DNA from: Candidatus Bathyarchaeia archaeon
Lineage (GTDB): Archaea > Halobacteriota > Bog-38 > Methanoflorentales > Methanoflorentaceae
Assembly (NCBI GenBank): GCA_035626195.1
Contig: DASPOC010000113.1
Coordinates: forward strand, 1-57,516
DNA: 57,516 nt
Direction: 5' to 3'
The notes beneath the pieces are model-generated. The model searched no databases, had not been told where the DNA came from, and saw only the letters and a list, made by a program, of their open reading frames with translations. Positions 48,584 through 57,516 of this stretch are shown one piece after another. The translations under genes and the position numbers were made by a program. Every line of letters starts with the position of its first letter. Position 1 is the stretch's first letter.

Positions 48584-49594
48584 ATGGAAGGTCATAACGT
48601 GATAAAAGATGCCATGTTGTGGGAACCGATCGAAAACGAGGCAGTACACTGTTTTGCGTGCTCACACGAGTGCAAGATTAAGAAGTGGGAGCGTGGGATC
48701 TGTCACGTGCGGCAGAATCTCGACGGCAAGCTCAAAACCCTCATCTATGCGGAGGTGAGCTCAATGAACGTCGATCCGATCGAAAAGAAGCCGCTGTATC
48801 ATTTTTACCCCGGATCAAAGGTGTTTTCGCTCGGTTCGGTGAGCTGCAACTTCCGGTGTGAGCACTGCCAGAACTACGACATCTCCTTCGCGGAAGTCGG
48901 AGAGCTAGGCACGACGGAAATCCCTCCGGAGCGTTCCGTGCAGCTCGCTCTCGAGCGCAACTGCCGCGGGATTGCTTGGACGTACAATGAGCCGACGATC
49001 TGGTTTGAGTATACGTACGATTCTGCGATCCTCGCCAAAGAAGCCGGTTTGTACACGGTGTACGTCACCAATGGTTATATGACGTCGCAAGCTCTCGAAA
49101 AGATCGGACCCTATCTCGATGCGGCAAACGTCGACGTGAAAGGCTTCAACAAGAAGTTCTACAGCGGCGTCTGCAAGGCACGCCTCGATCCCGTGCTCAA
49201 AACGTGCGAGCGCATGCGCGAGCACGGTATCCACCTCGAACTGACGTATCTCGTTATTCCCGGACTGAACGATGACGAAGCACAGCTCACCGCTTTTAGC
49301 GAGTGGGTGGCGGCCGTTGACTGCGACACACCGGTTCACTTCTCGCGCTTCCATCCTGATTGGCGTATGCTTGACCGTCCTGCAACACCCATAGAAACGC
49401 TCGAAAAGGCGCATAGCGCCGCAGTACGGGCCGGACTGCGCTACGTCTACCTGGGCAATGTTCCGAGCCAGCACGAGAATACGTTCTGCCCCGAATGCGG
49501 CGCCGTCATTATCGAACGAACAGGCTTTGCCATCAAAAAACGAGGTAAACAGTGTCCCGGATGCGGGCGCGAAGCGCCCATCATCGATCAGTAA
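48584..49594 (+). CDS. AmmeMemoRadiSam-system radical SAM enzyme (PFL-activase-related)
   Basis: VHCFACSHECKIKKWERGICHVRQN...DPIEKKPLYHFYPGSKVFSLGSVSCNFRCEHCQNYDIS...C-terminal CPECG...CPGCG. Confidence 0.85.
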   Translation: MEGHNVIKDAMLWEPIENEAVHCFACSHECKIKKWERGICHVRQNLDGKLKTLIYAEVSSMNVDPIEKKPLYHFYPGSKVFSLGSVSCNFRCEHCQNYDISFAEVGELGTTEIPPERSVQLALERNCRGIAWTYNEPTIWFEYTYDSAILAKEAGLYTVYVTNGYMTSQALEKIGPYLDAANVDVKGFNKKFYSGVCKARLDPVLKTCERMREHGIHLELTYLVIPGLNDDEAQLTAFSEWVAAVDCDTPVHFSRFHPDWRMLDRPATPIETLEKAHSAAVRAGLRYVYLGNVPSQHENTFCPECGAVIIERTGFAIKKRGKQCPGCGREAPIIDQ

Positions 49595-49816
49595 GACTTC
49601 CGGGTGATGGTGAGGCACACCTTCAGTATCTTTTTCATTCGGTCGATGCTGAGCTCTTTACGGGCCATCGCGATGTCGCTCATCAGGTCTTTCCTGCTCA
49701 TGCGCGTGTAATGCTCGTTTCTTTCTATTTAAGTACTTCGAAATGAGTCTTGTGCGTAAAGATTGGCGCATGGGGCTTATCCATAAAGGTTAATACCGTG
49801 TCGCGTCCTATCGGGT

Positions 49817-51091
49817 GTGACCATGATCTGTAAACGCTTATCTGAGGTGACCGACGCCGAATTCGACCGTCTTCTCGACCGTGGTGCGGCCGTACGTGAG
49901 GTTATGGGCCACGTCCAGAAAATCATTAACGATGTGAAAGAAAACGGCGACACCGCCGTCATGCAATACACCTTAGAATATGACAAAGCCGACATCGTCG
50001 GGCTTCGAGTAACAGAAGGGGAGCTCCTCTCGGCGTACGAAAATGCTTCGCAAGATGTCATCGACGCGTTGTATAATCTATCCGACAACATCACGTCGTT
50101 CCACATGCGACAGGTGCAAAGCGACGTATGGCTTCACGAGGTTGCTCCGGGAGTTGTCTTCGGGCAAAAGACCACGCCGCTCGATCGCATCGGCGCCTAC
50201 GCGCCCGGAGGATTTGCTCTGTACCCTTCGACAGCACTCATGAATATCGTGCCGGCCAAGGTAGCCGGTGTGCGCGAGGTCGTCGTGTGTATTCCGCCGA
50301 TGCCTGATGGCACCGTGCCGGTGGCAACGCTTCTCGCTGCAGATATTGCAGGTGCGAACGCTGTCTATAAGATTGGGGGGGCGCAGGCGATCGCTGCAAT
50401 GGCGTATGGGACAGAAAGCGTCGCAAAGGTAGACAAGATCGTCGGACCAGGCAACGTGTACGTAACGGCCGCAAAGCTTCTGGTGCAGAGTGCGGTCGAA
50501 ATCGACTTCCCCGCGGGCCCAAGTGAAATTGCGGTGCTCGCCGATGGAGGGAATCCCGAGTTTATCGCCGCTGATATCCTCGCCCAACTCGAGCACGGCC
50601 CTACGTCATCCGGCTTCCTGCTGACCCCGTCTCCAGAACTCGCACGCGAGGTCAAAAAGGAGCTCACTGCACAGCGCGAAGCAGCCCCGCGAAAGGATCT
50701 CATTGATCTGAGCAACACTGCCGTTCTTGTGGGCGACAGCGTGGATTCTTGCATTTCGTTCATCAACGACCTCGCTCCCGAGCACCTCGAACTCATGGTG
50801 CGCGATCCGATTACCGTGTTGCAAAAGATCCGCAATGCCGGGACCGTCTGCGTGGGGGACTATACGCCCGCAGCTGCTGGTGATTACGCTACCGGAATAA
50901 GCTCCACGTTGCCAACCGGCGGATCCGCCAAGTACGTCAGCGGGCTTAATGTTGACCACTTTACTAAGAAGATGAGCGTGCAAGTGCTAACGAAAGACGG
51001 GTTGGACAGCCTTGCGGACCTCGTCCGTTCGCTTGCACAGATCGAGGGGTTGCCTGGACACGCAGCGTCAGTGCTGCGGAGGCTTCAATGA
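49817..51091 (+). CDS. hisD: Histidinol dehydrogenase
   Basis: IGAYAPGG...YKIGGAQAIAAMAYGTESV.KVDKIVGPGNVYVTAAK...QLEHGP...APEHLEL. Confidence 0.93.
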   Translation: MTMICKRLSEVTDAEFDRLLDRGAAVREVMGHVQKIINDVKENGDTAVMQYTLEYDKADIVGLRVTEGELLSAYENASQDVIDALYNLSDNITSFHMRQVQSDVWLHEVAPGVVFGQKTTPLDRIGAYAPGGFALYPSTALMNIVPAKVAGVREVVVCIPPMPDGTVPVATLLAADIAGANAVYKIGGAQAIAAMAYGTESVAKVDKIVGPGNVYVTAAKLLVQSAVEIDFPAGPSEIAVLADGGNPEFIAADILAQLEHGPTSSGFLLTPSPELAREVKKELTAQREAAPRKDLIDLSNTAVLVGDSVDSCISFINDLAPEHLELMVRDPITVLQKIRNAGTVCVGDYTPAAAGDYATGISSTLPTGGSAKYVSGLNVDHFTKKMSVQVLTKDGLDSLADLVRSLAQIEGLPGHAASVLRRLQ

Positions 51092-52350
51092 AGCTCACGC
51101 GCTCGAGCGCGATTGTCCCAGAAACTGACGTGACCGTTGCGGGGTGGGTGCATGAGCTTCGTGACCTCGGGGGTATCAGCTTCCTTCTGCTCCGTGATCG
51201 CGACGGCGTTATGCAAATCACCATGCCGAAGAAGAAGGTCCCCCCTGAACTTGTCGAACATGTGCGAAGTCTCAGCCGGGAGTCTGTCGTCCGCGTCGCG
51301 GGACTCGTCAAGGAGGAGCTGAAAGCGCCGCAAGGCTTTGAGATTATTCCCTACGAGGTTGAGCTGCTCAACGCTGCGGAATCACCGCTTCCGCTTGACG
51401 TTACCGGCAAGGTGCGGGCCGATCTAGATACGCGCCTCGACGCGCGGTTCATGGACGTGCGGCTTCCAGCCACGCGCGCTATCTTCCTTATTCGTGCGAC
51501 GGTGCTCCACGAGGTGCGGGCGTTTCTATCAGCCCACGATTTTATCGAAATTCAGACTCCTAAAATGGTAGCTACGGCGACTGAGGGTGGGACGCAGCTC
51601 TTCCCCATATCGTACTTTGACCGTGAAGCGTTCCTGAACCAGAGCCCGCAGCTCTACAAGCAGATGATGATGGCGGCCGGCTTGGAACGGGTTTTTGAGG
51701 TTGGTCCCATATTTCGCGCCGAGGAGCACGATACGCGTAAGCATCTTAATGAAGTGACCTCGATCGACATTGAGGCCTCATTTTTGGACGATAATGAGGT
51801 CATGGAGCTCCTCGAAGAGGTCATTCAGCACGTCTATGTCGCCGTTGCCGAGCACTGCAGCGCGCCGCTCCAATCGTTGGGCGTGACGCTTTCGATCCCC
51901 TCCATTCCCTTCAAACGAATCGCTTATGCTGAGGCGATTGAAATCGCAGATATCCCATGGGGAGACGATCTCGACACCGCGGCAGAGAAAGCGGTCGGCG
52001 AGGAGATCGCTGAGCACTACTTCATCGTGGACTGGCCGGTCGAGCTGAAACCGTTCTACGTGCAGCCACGCAACAATCTCTGCTACGCTTTCGACCTCAT
52101 GCACCCGAGGATGGAACTCGCGTCAGGTGCGCGACGGATTCATGATTACGCCCTCCTCGTCGAACAGCTTGCCGGCAAATCGCTCGCGCCTGAAAACTTT
52201 GGGTTCTATCTGGACGCATTTCGTTTCGGCATGCCGCCTCACGCGGGGTGGGGTTTGGGGGCGGAGCGTCTTCTCGTAACCATGCTCGGTCTCGCCAACA
52301 TTCGGGAAAGCGTTCTTTTCCCTCGTGATCGACGGCGGATTACGCCATAA
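51088..52350 (+). CDS. aspS: Aspartyl-tRNA synthetase, archaeal type
   Basis: [24 protein letters not shown]...FIEIQTPKM...[14 protein letters not shown]...[19 protein letters not shown] overlap with the hisD stop. Confidence 0.93.
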   Translation: MKLTRSSAIVPETDVTVAGWVHELRDLGGISFLLLRDRDGVMQITMPKKKVPPELVEHVRSLSRESVVRVAGLVKEELKAPQGFEIIPYEVELLNAAESPLPLDVTGKVRADLDTRLDARFMDVRLPATRAIFLIRATVLHEVRAFLSAHDFIEIQTPKMVATATEGGTQLFPISYFDREAFLNQSPQLYKQMMMAAGLERVFEVGPIFRAEEHDTRKHLNEVTSIDIEASFLDDNEVMELLEEVIQHVYVAVAEHCSAPLQSLGVTLSIPSIPFKRIAYAEAIEIADIPWGDDLDTAAEKAVGEEIAEHYFIVDWPVELKPFYVQPRNNLCYAFDLMHPRMELASGARRIHDYALLVEQLAGKSLAPENFGFYLDAFRFGMPPHAGWGLGAERLLVTMLGLANIRESVLFPRDRRRITP

Positions 52351-52430
52351 AACCGAATTACGCGTTTGCGGTTCGAGTACATACCATAAAGTATAAGGTG
52401 CGAACCCCGCACTACTTTACGAGGTAGGGT

Positions 52431-52793
52431 ATGCGTTATCAAGACGATCCAGATGAGGTGCCGCTTCGCTTGAGGGTCAAACAAGGGGTTCCGCGCTCGA
52501 CGCTCGATCAGCGCGTGACGAAGCTCGAGCACAAAGTTGCTGAATTGTCGAGCCTCCTAAACGGTATCACTCAACAGCTCGTCGACGTCAGTTCTTCAGT
52601 CCACGATATGGCACTGCTTCCGAACGTAAACGACAGCAACGAGCTTCCAAGCGAAACAGAGCCGGTCGAGCCTTCGCTTCTCCCACAACAGACCAAGAAG
52701 AAGACGACCTATATCATCGCGGATGCGGATTGTGCTCCCGAGCCCCAGCGTCGCCTAGGCAACGATATAATCATCGCTGATCGCGAATTGTGA
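52431..52793 (+). CDS. Hypothetical small protein with a predicted coiled-coil segment
   Basis: gaggt lies 7-11 nt upstream of the ATG. Heptad-like LDQRVTKLEHKVAELSSLLNGITQQLVDV. I recognise no family. Confidence 0.5.
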   Translation: MRYQDDPDEVPLRLRVKQGVPRSTLDQRVTKLEHKVAELSSLLNGITQQLVDVSSSVHDMALLPNVNDSNELPSETEPVEPSLLPQQTKKKTTYIIADADCAPEPQRRLGNDIIIADREL

Positions 52794-52817
52794 GCGGGCT
52801 CGCGGCCCGATGAAACT

Positions 52818-55800
52818 ATGTTCATTAGAGAACTTGAGATTCACAACTTCAAGTCATTTGGAAAAAAGGTGAAAATTCCTTTTTTTGACGATTTTACGGC
52901 CGTTTCTGGACCTAACGGTTCAGGGAAGTCGAACATCGTCGATAGCGTACTCTTTTGTCTCGGGCTCTCGAGTTCGCGGACTATGCGCGCTGAGAAACTC
53001 ACCGACCTGATTTTTAACGGGAATGGCGCTGAAGAAGCAATGGTCAAGGTGAAGTTTGATAACGCCGACGCCGAACTGCCCACCGACGCGGAAGTGACGG
53101 TTGCGCGAAAGGTGCGCCGCACGGCAAGCGGGTACTATAGCTATTACTACCTGGACGGCAAGCCGTGTACGTTGGCGGACATTCACGAGCTCCTCTCGAA
53201 AGCGTGCATCACCCCAGAAGGCTACAATGTTGTGCTCCAAGGCGACATAACGCGCATCATCGAGGTAAGCCCACTTGAGCGTCGTAAAATCATCGATGAG
53301 ATCGCCGGTATTGCTGAGTTTGACCGAAGGCGGGATCGAGCGCTGAACGAGCTCGAAGTAGTCCGCGAACGCGTCGAGCGCGTCGACATCATACTCAACG
53401 AGGTGGCGCTCCGGCTCGAGCAGCTTAAGGTCGAAAGGGAGCACGCCCTCAGGTATCAAGAGCTCAAAGCTAAGAAAAGGGATTATGAAAAAATGGTCTT
53501 TGCGTCAAAGCTCAACAAGCTCGCGAGAGAGATCGAGGCGATCGAAGGTGACTTGGCGCGCAAGCAGCGGAGCAAGGACAAGGCGGTTCGCGAGCTCAGC
53601 GCAACGCGAGACGCGATCTATGATTTTGAGAGTCAGCTGAGCGCACTCAACAGCGCCGTGTCCGAAAAAGGCGAAAACGAGCAATTCGAATTGACAAAAC
53701 ACATTGAGAGCATCAAAGGGAGTCTTGGGCAACATCAAAGCAGGATCGATTTTGTGACCAAGGAGGCAGACAACCTCGAATCACAGAAGCGCAAGGTATT
53801 CATCGAAGTGAACGCCCTCAAGCAGAAGCACGAGGCACTGCAGAGCGATCTGGGAGCTGAAGCGGTGCGACGGGCAAGCCTTTCAAGCGAGCTCGAAGAG
53901 CAGGAGCAGGATCTCAACGCGCTTAAAGAACAGCTTGCCACGCTCGACGAAAATGTGACTCAGGCGCGCGACGAACTCTTTGAGAAGCGCAAAATGCTTG
54001 GCGAGGAAAAGGACAAGCGGGGGGACGTCGTACGCGCCCGAGACCGGGTGCTCGACGTCTTACGTCGCGCCTCAACGGACGTGCACGCGCTCGAGGGGAA
54101 GATTGACGGCGTGCGGTCAGACGCGGCTTCTGTCGAGCGTGATTTGGAGAAGATCCATCAGAACCGCGCCGCGCTTGCGCGAAAATTGGAGAACGCGCGC
54201 GAGAACATCAAAGACCTCGAGGTGCGACGCGAGGACCTAAAGCTCGCCATGGAAACGGTCGAAAGACGGCTGAATCAAGCGCATCAGGAGTTCGTCCGCG
54301 CAGAAGCGCGCCTCAAAGAGAGCTTCGGCAAAGCGGTGGAAGCGATAATGGCCGCCCAGTTGCCTGGGGTCCGTGGCGTCGTAGCGGAGCTGGGCAAGGT
54401 CGATCCGCGGTATACCACGGCGCTCGAAATTGCGGCAGGCCCGCGCTTGCGAAACATCGTCGTCGACACGGATGCGGACGCGGCGCACGCGATCGCCTAT
54501 TTGAACGAGCAGAACGTGGGCCGTGCGACATTTCTGCCTCTGAACAAGATGAAGTCTGTCCACCGCGAAGCGCTCCCGGCGCGCCACGGCATCGTCGACT
54601 ATGCCATCAATCTCATTGATTATGACCAGGAGTACGCAGCGGCGTTTTCGTACGTGTTTGGCAAGACCGTTGTGGTCAATGAGCTCGAGCCGGCTCGCAC
54701 CCTGATTGGCCGGTACCGCATGGTGACGCTCGATGGTGAGCTGCTCGAAATGAGCGGGGCCATGACGGGGGGCATCGACCGACGGGCGCTGAGGTTTATC
54801 GCCGGCGAGGAGCAACAGCTGCACAAGCTTAGTCGCCAGATACGCGAGTACGAAAAGGAACGTGAACGCCTGCAGCAGGAGCTCAACGACGTGGACGACC
54901 TTTTGCTACAAGCCCGGCACGACCTCGTCACGGCTGATGGCGAGCGGGAGCGTTTGGCGCGGGAGGCTGAAGCTTTCGAGGCGCGAAAGGAGCAGGCTAA
55001 CGCAGAATCGGACGCTGAAATCATCCACCTCGCTGCAATGCGGGCGGAGAAAGAGCAAGCGGGCGTAAACATCAATGAGCTTGAGGAACGAGAGGCGCTA
55101 CACGGTTCAGCCATTGCCGCCCTTGAACATGACATCGCGGAACTTGAAAAGCGGCTCAAGGGTACCGACGCGTCAAAGCTTACCGAAAACCTCGCTCAGA
55201 TCGCGGACGAGGTCCGACGGCTGCAGGGTCGCATCAGCAAATGCGACGCATCTACTGCTGATTTCCGCCTTCAGGAAGACTACAACGAGAAGAAGCTTGC
55301 TGACGCCAAAGAGCATTTGGAAACGACCGATAAGCGGATCAGGGAGCTCCGGGCCAGCATCCGTGAATATTCCGAGGCTTCTGCGCATCTCGAACAAGAG
55401 CTCGCTGACGTTTGCGGCCGCGAGCGCGAACTCGCCCGCGAGCTTTCAGAACTGCGTGAAGGACGGGATGCCCTGCTGGAACAGATCAGCCTGAAGGAGA
55501 CGGAGAAAGCGGATCTCCAGCACAAGATTGATCGCGCCGATCAGGCGCTGGAAACCCTCGATTATCAGCGGTTGGAGCTCGAAGCCCGCCGAGACGAGCT
55601 CAAAGCAGAGGCGGGCGAGATCGACGACGTGCCGCCTGAGGAGCCGCATGAGGCCATCGTGGCAGCGCTGAGAACCCTCGAAGCGCAGCTCGAGTCGATG
55701 AATGACGTCAACATGCGTGCCATCGAGGATTATGGCAACGTCGCGCGACGACAACAGGACCTCGCCGCACGCAAGGACACGCTTTTCAATGAACGCGCTG

Positions 55801-56288
55801 AGATACTCGAGCGCATCGACCGCTACGGCCTGATGAAAAAGGAGGCGCTGCTCACGGCGTTTGAACGCATCAATGCGAACTTCAAGGTCATCTATGCGGA
55901 GCTCTCGGGAGCCACGGGTGAGCTTGCTCTGGAGAACTACGAGGATCCCTTCGACGGCGGCCTGTTCATCCACTCATGGCAGCGTGGCAAGCACGTGCAG
56001 CGAATCGAGGCGATGTCGGGCGGAGAGAAGAGCCTTGCAGCGCTGGCGATGATCTTCGCCATTCAACGGTACATGCCGGCGCCGTTCTATATGTTCGACG
56101 AAATCGACATGTTCTTGGACGGTGCAAACTCCGAACGGGTCGCGCGCATGATCAAGAAGCTCTCCTCGAACGCTCAGTTCATAGTTGTTTCTCTGCGAAA
56201 ACCCATGATCGAAGCGGCCAGTCGCACGATCGGCGTCTCAATGCAGGAGGGCAACATCTCGAGCGTCACTGGGGTGAAGCTCAATTGA
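52818..56288 (+). CDS. smc: SMC chromosome segregation ATPase
   Basis: Walker A GPNGSGKSN, long coiled coils, hinge around GVRGVVAELGKVDPRYTTALEIAAG, signature MSGGEKSLAALA, Walker B FYMFDEID. Confidence 0.95.
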   Translation: MFIRELEIHNFKSFGKKVKIPFFDDFTAVSGPNGSGKSNIVDSVLFCLGLSSSRTMRAEKLTDLIFNGNGAEEAMVKVKFDNADAELPTDAEVTVARKVRRTASGYYSYYYLDGKPCTLADIHELLSKACITPEGYNVVLQGDITRIIEVSPLERRKIIDEIAGIAEFDRRRDRALNELEVVRERVERVDIILNEVALRLEQLKVEREHALRYQELKAKKRDYEKMVFASKLNKLAREIEAIEGDLARKQRSKDKAVRELSATRDAIYDFESQLSALNSAVSEKGENEQFELTKHIESIKGSLGQHQSRIDFVTKEADNLESQKRKVFIEVNALKQKHEALQSDLGAEAVRRASLSSELEEQEQDLNALKEQLATLDENVTQARDELFEKRKMLGEEKDKRGDVVRARDRVLDVLRRASTDVHALEGKIDGVRSDAASVERDLEKIHQNRAALARKLENARENIKDLEVRREDLKLAMETVERRLNQAHQEFVRAEARLKESFGKAVEAIMAAQLPGVRGVVAELGKVDPRYTTALEIAAGPRLRNIVVDTDADAAHAIAYLNEQNVGRATFLPLNKMKSVHREALPARHGIVDYAINLIDYDQEYAAAFSYVFGKTVVVNELEPARTLIGRYRMVTLDGELLEMSGAMTGGIDRRALRFIAGEEQQLHKLSRQIREYEKERERLQQELNDVDDLLLQARHDLVTADGERERLAREAEAFEARKEQANAESDAEIIHLAAMRAEKEQAGVNINELEEREALHGSAIAALEHDIAELEKRLKGTDASKLTENLAQIADEVRRLQGRISKCDASTADFRLQEDYNEKKLADAKEHLETTDKRIRELRASIREYSEASAHLEQELADVCGRERELARELSELREGRDALLEQISLKETEKADLQHKIDRADQALETLDYQRLELEARRDELKAEAGEIDDVPPEEPHEAIVAALRTLEAQLESMNDVNMRAIEDYGNVARRQQDLAARKDTLFNERAEILERIDRYGLMKKEALLTAFERINANFKVIYAELSGATGELALENYEDPFDGGLFIHSWQRGKHVQRIEAMSGGEKSLAALAMIFAIQRYMPAPFYMFDEIDMFLDGANSERVARMIKKLSSNAQFIVVSLRKPMIEAASRTIGVSMQEGNISSVTGVKLN

Positions 56289-56983
56289 CCAGCGATGGAC
56301 GCGCCGGCGCCACAGCCAACGGTGAAGCGCTTGAAGATTTTGATGAACGATCAATTGATATTCTAGTCTCGCTCGCGAAAAACGGCGAGATCGATCCTTG
56401 GGATATCGACATCGTCGACGTCACCGACAAGTTCTTAGCCCAAGTCGCGGAGCTCGAAAAACTCGACTTGCGGGTGTCGAGTCGAACGCTCCTTTTTGCA
56501 TCTATACTGCTGAGGATGAAGGCGGACGCGCTAGAGGAATCGGAACCGCAAGACGTAGACGAAGAAGAATTGCCCGAAGAAGAGCTTCGCGCGTGCTTCC
56601 CCGCCCTCAAGCCTAAGGTACGGCGGCACGCGAAGCGTCGCGTCACTCTGTCAGAACTCATCCACGAGCTTAAAAAAGCGACAAAGCGACGGGAAAAGTC
56701 AGACGTGCGCCGGCTCATACAGCTTCAAGCACAGGAGTTTGACGCTCTCGCAGTTGCGCACACAGAAGACATCGAGCGGCAGGTCAAACAAGTGCAGCGC
56801 GAGCTTAAGCGACGCTTCGGGAAGCAGGATCAGGTGCTTTTTAGCGAGCTCGTCGTCGATAATACTGCTGAGCATATCGTTCAAACCTACATACCATTAC
56901 TCTTTATGGCAACGAGGCGACAGATACAGCTCGAGCAGAAGGAATTATTCGGTGACATCTTGATCCAATGCAAAAACCTTTAA
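56285..56983 (+). CDS. scpA: Segregation and condensation protein A (kleisin)
   Basis: IDILVSLAKNGEIDPWDIDIVDVTDKFLAQV...LRVSSRTLLFASILLRMKA. TTG start at 56285 overlaps the smc stop (TTGA). The listed ORF 55976..56983 extends spuriously into smc. Confidence 0.8.
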   Translation: MTSDGRAGATANGEALEDFDERSIDILVSLAKNGEIDPWDIDIVDVTDKFLAQVAELEKLDLRVSSRTLLFASILLRMKADALEESEPQDVDEEELPEEELRACFPALKPKVRRHAKRRVTLSELIHELKKATKRREKSDVRRLIQLQAQEFDALAVAHTEDIERQVKQVQRELKRRFGKQDQVLFSELVVDNTAEHIVQTYIPLLFMATRRQIQLEQKELFGDILIQCKNL

Positions 56984-57009
56984 CGCCCTTGCCTCGTTCA
57001 TGAACGATA

Positions 57010-57498
57010 ATGAACGATAGAGACCTCATCGAGGCAGCGCTCTTCGTTGCAGGCAGGCCATTGACCCTTCTCGAACTTGAGTCTACGGTTAGCTTTGATG
57101 CTGATGTCGAAGAAATCGTCGAATCGCTCATCGAAGAATATCGGAAGAATGGCGCGCTTGAGATCGTTCGGACCGGCGAAGACATCGTGATGCAGGTGAA
57201 GGGCGAGTACGCTGACGCGGTCCGCACGATCGCTCAGCGTGATCTCGAGACGCCCGTACTGCGAACGCTTGCCGTTATTGCGTTTCATCAACCGGTCACA
57301 CAATCAAAGGTAGCTGAAATTCGAGGTAACAAAGCGTACGGACACGTGCATGAGCTTGAGGCGCGCAAGCTCGTTGAATCGGAGCCTTACGGCAGAACTA
57401 GGGTGCTCAGAACTACCAAAGCTTTCGCGGACTATTTTGGTTTCGAGACGGAAAGCCTCGAGGAGATTAAGCAAAAAATCGGGCTACTTCTCCGGTAG
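57010..57498 (+). CDS. scpB: Segregation and condensation protein B
   Basis: LIEAALFVAGRPLTLLEL...LRTLAVIAFHQPVTQSKVAEIRG. Confidence 0.85.
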   Translation: MNDRDLIEAALFVAGRPLTLLELESTVSFDADVEEIVESLIEEYRKNGALEIVRTGEDIVMQVKGEYADAVRTIAQRDLETPVLRTLAVIAFHQPVTQSKVAEIRGNKAYGHVHELEARKLVESEPYGRTRVLRTTKAFADYFGFETESLEEIKQKIGLLLR

Positions 57499-57516
57499 CC
57501 GCGCGTGCGCGGTGTA

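Noticed and set aside
54620-55159. Many antisense or alternative-frame ORFs inside long genes, for example 54620..55159, 53735..53941 and 55446..55973 in smc; 18388..19074; 4759..5307; 48905..49618; 50078..50596; 31707..32336
   Set aside because: They are typical shadow ORFs of GC-rich or coiled-coil coding regions, giving Ser/Arg/Ala-rich low-complexity translations. Each is fully contained in a well-supported gene on the other strand or frame.
55976-56284. Long N-terminal part of ORF 55976..56983 overlapping the smc 3' end
   Set aside because: It is an out-of-frame read-through of the smc coding sequence (Arg/Gly/His-rich). ScpA-like sequence begins only after the TTG at 56285, which overlaps the smc stop.

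Overview
Archaeal chromosomal segment. Supporting evidence: archaeal-type AspRS, an Orc1/Cdc6 remnant, SMC-ScpA-ScpB, DUF2206/DUF1616-type membrane proteins, TATA-like promoter boxes, and a tRNA with no encoded CCA. Housekeeping DNA samples at roughly 55-60% GC. Positions ~700-39,500 form a large, compositionally mosaic cell-surface glycan island. It holds 11-12 intact glycosyltransferases (GT2, GT4/GT-B), a Wzx-type flippase, GDP-mannose 4,6-dehydratase and a SAM methyltransferase. It also holds a teichoic-acid-like module (TagF-like transferase, LicC-like nucleotidyltransferase, FAD dehydrogenase), two secreted deacetylase-like paralogues, a secreted beta-propeller lectin-like protein and two ~770-aa DUF2206 polytopic membrane proteins. 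The island is decaying: at least five genes appear in the ORF track only as unrelated fragments (a GT2, an orc1/cdc6, a lectin-repeat extension of a deacetylase, a GT4, and a conserved membrane protein). Positions 40,500-57,516 are housekeeping: TIGR00300/LOR-SDH-like protein, argB, C-N hydrolase, tRNA-Glu(CUC), CMD-family protein, DedA-like protein, ferredoxin, TatD-like hydrolase, hsp20, two radical SAM enzymes, hisD, aspS, smc-scpA-scpB. I saw no rRNA, CRISPR array, transposase, integrase or recognisable defence genes. The best leads are: (1) two DUF2206 membrane proteins paired with two polyprenyl-phosphate-type GT2 synthases, a possible Gtr/Arn-like outer-face glycosylation system; (2) a polyol-phosphate (teichoic-acid-like) module in an archaeon; (3) a duplicated ~190-nt terminator/promoter/leader module with a 31-nt perfect core; (4) lectin-type repeats present once intact and once frameshifted behind a deacetylase. 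All family assignments come from motif recognition by eye. No BLAST, HMM or structure prediction was run, and I cannot claim a clearly novel system.
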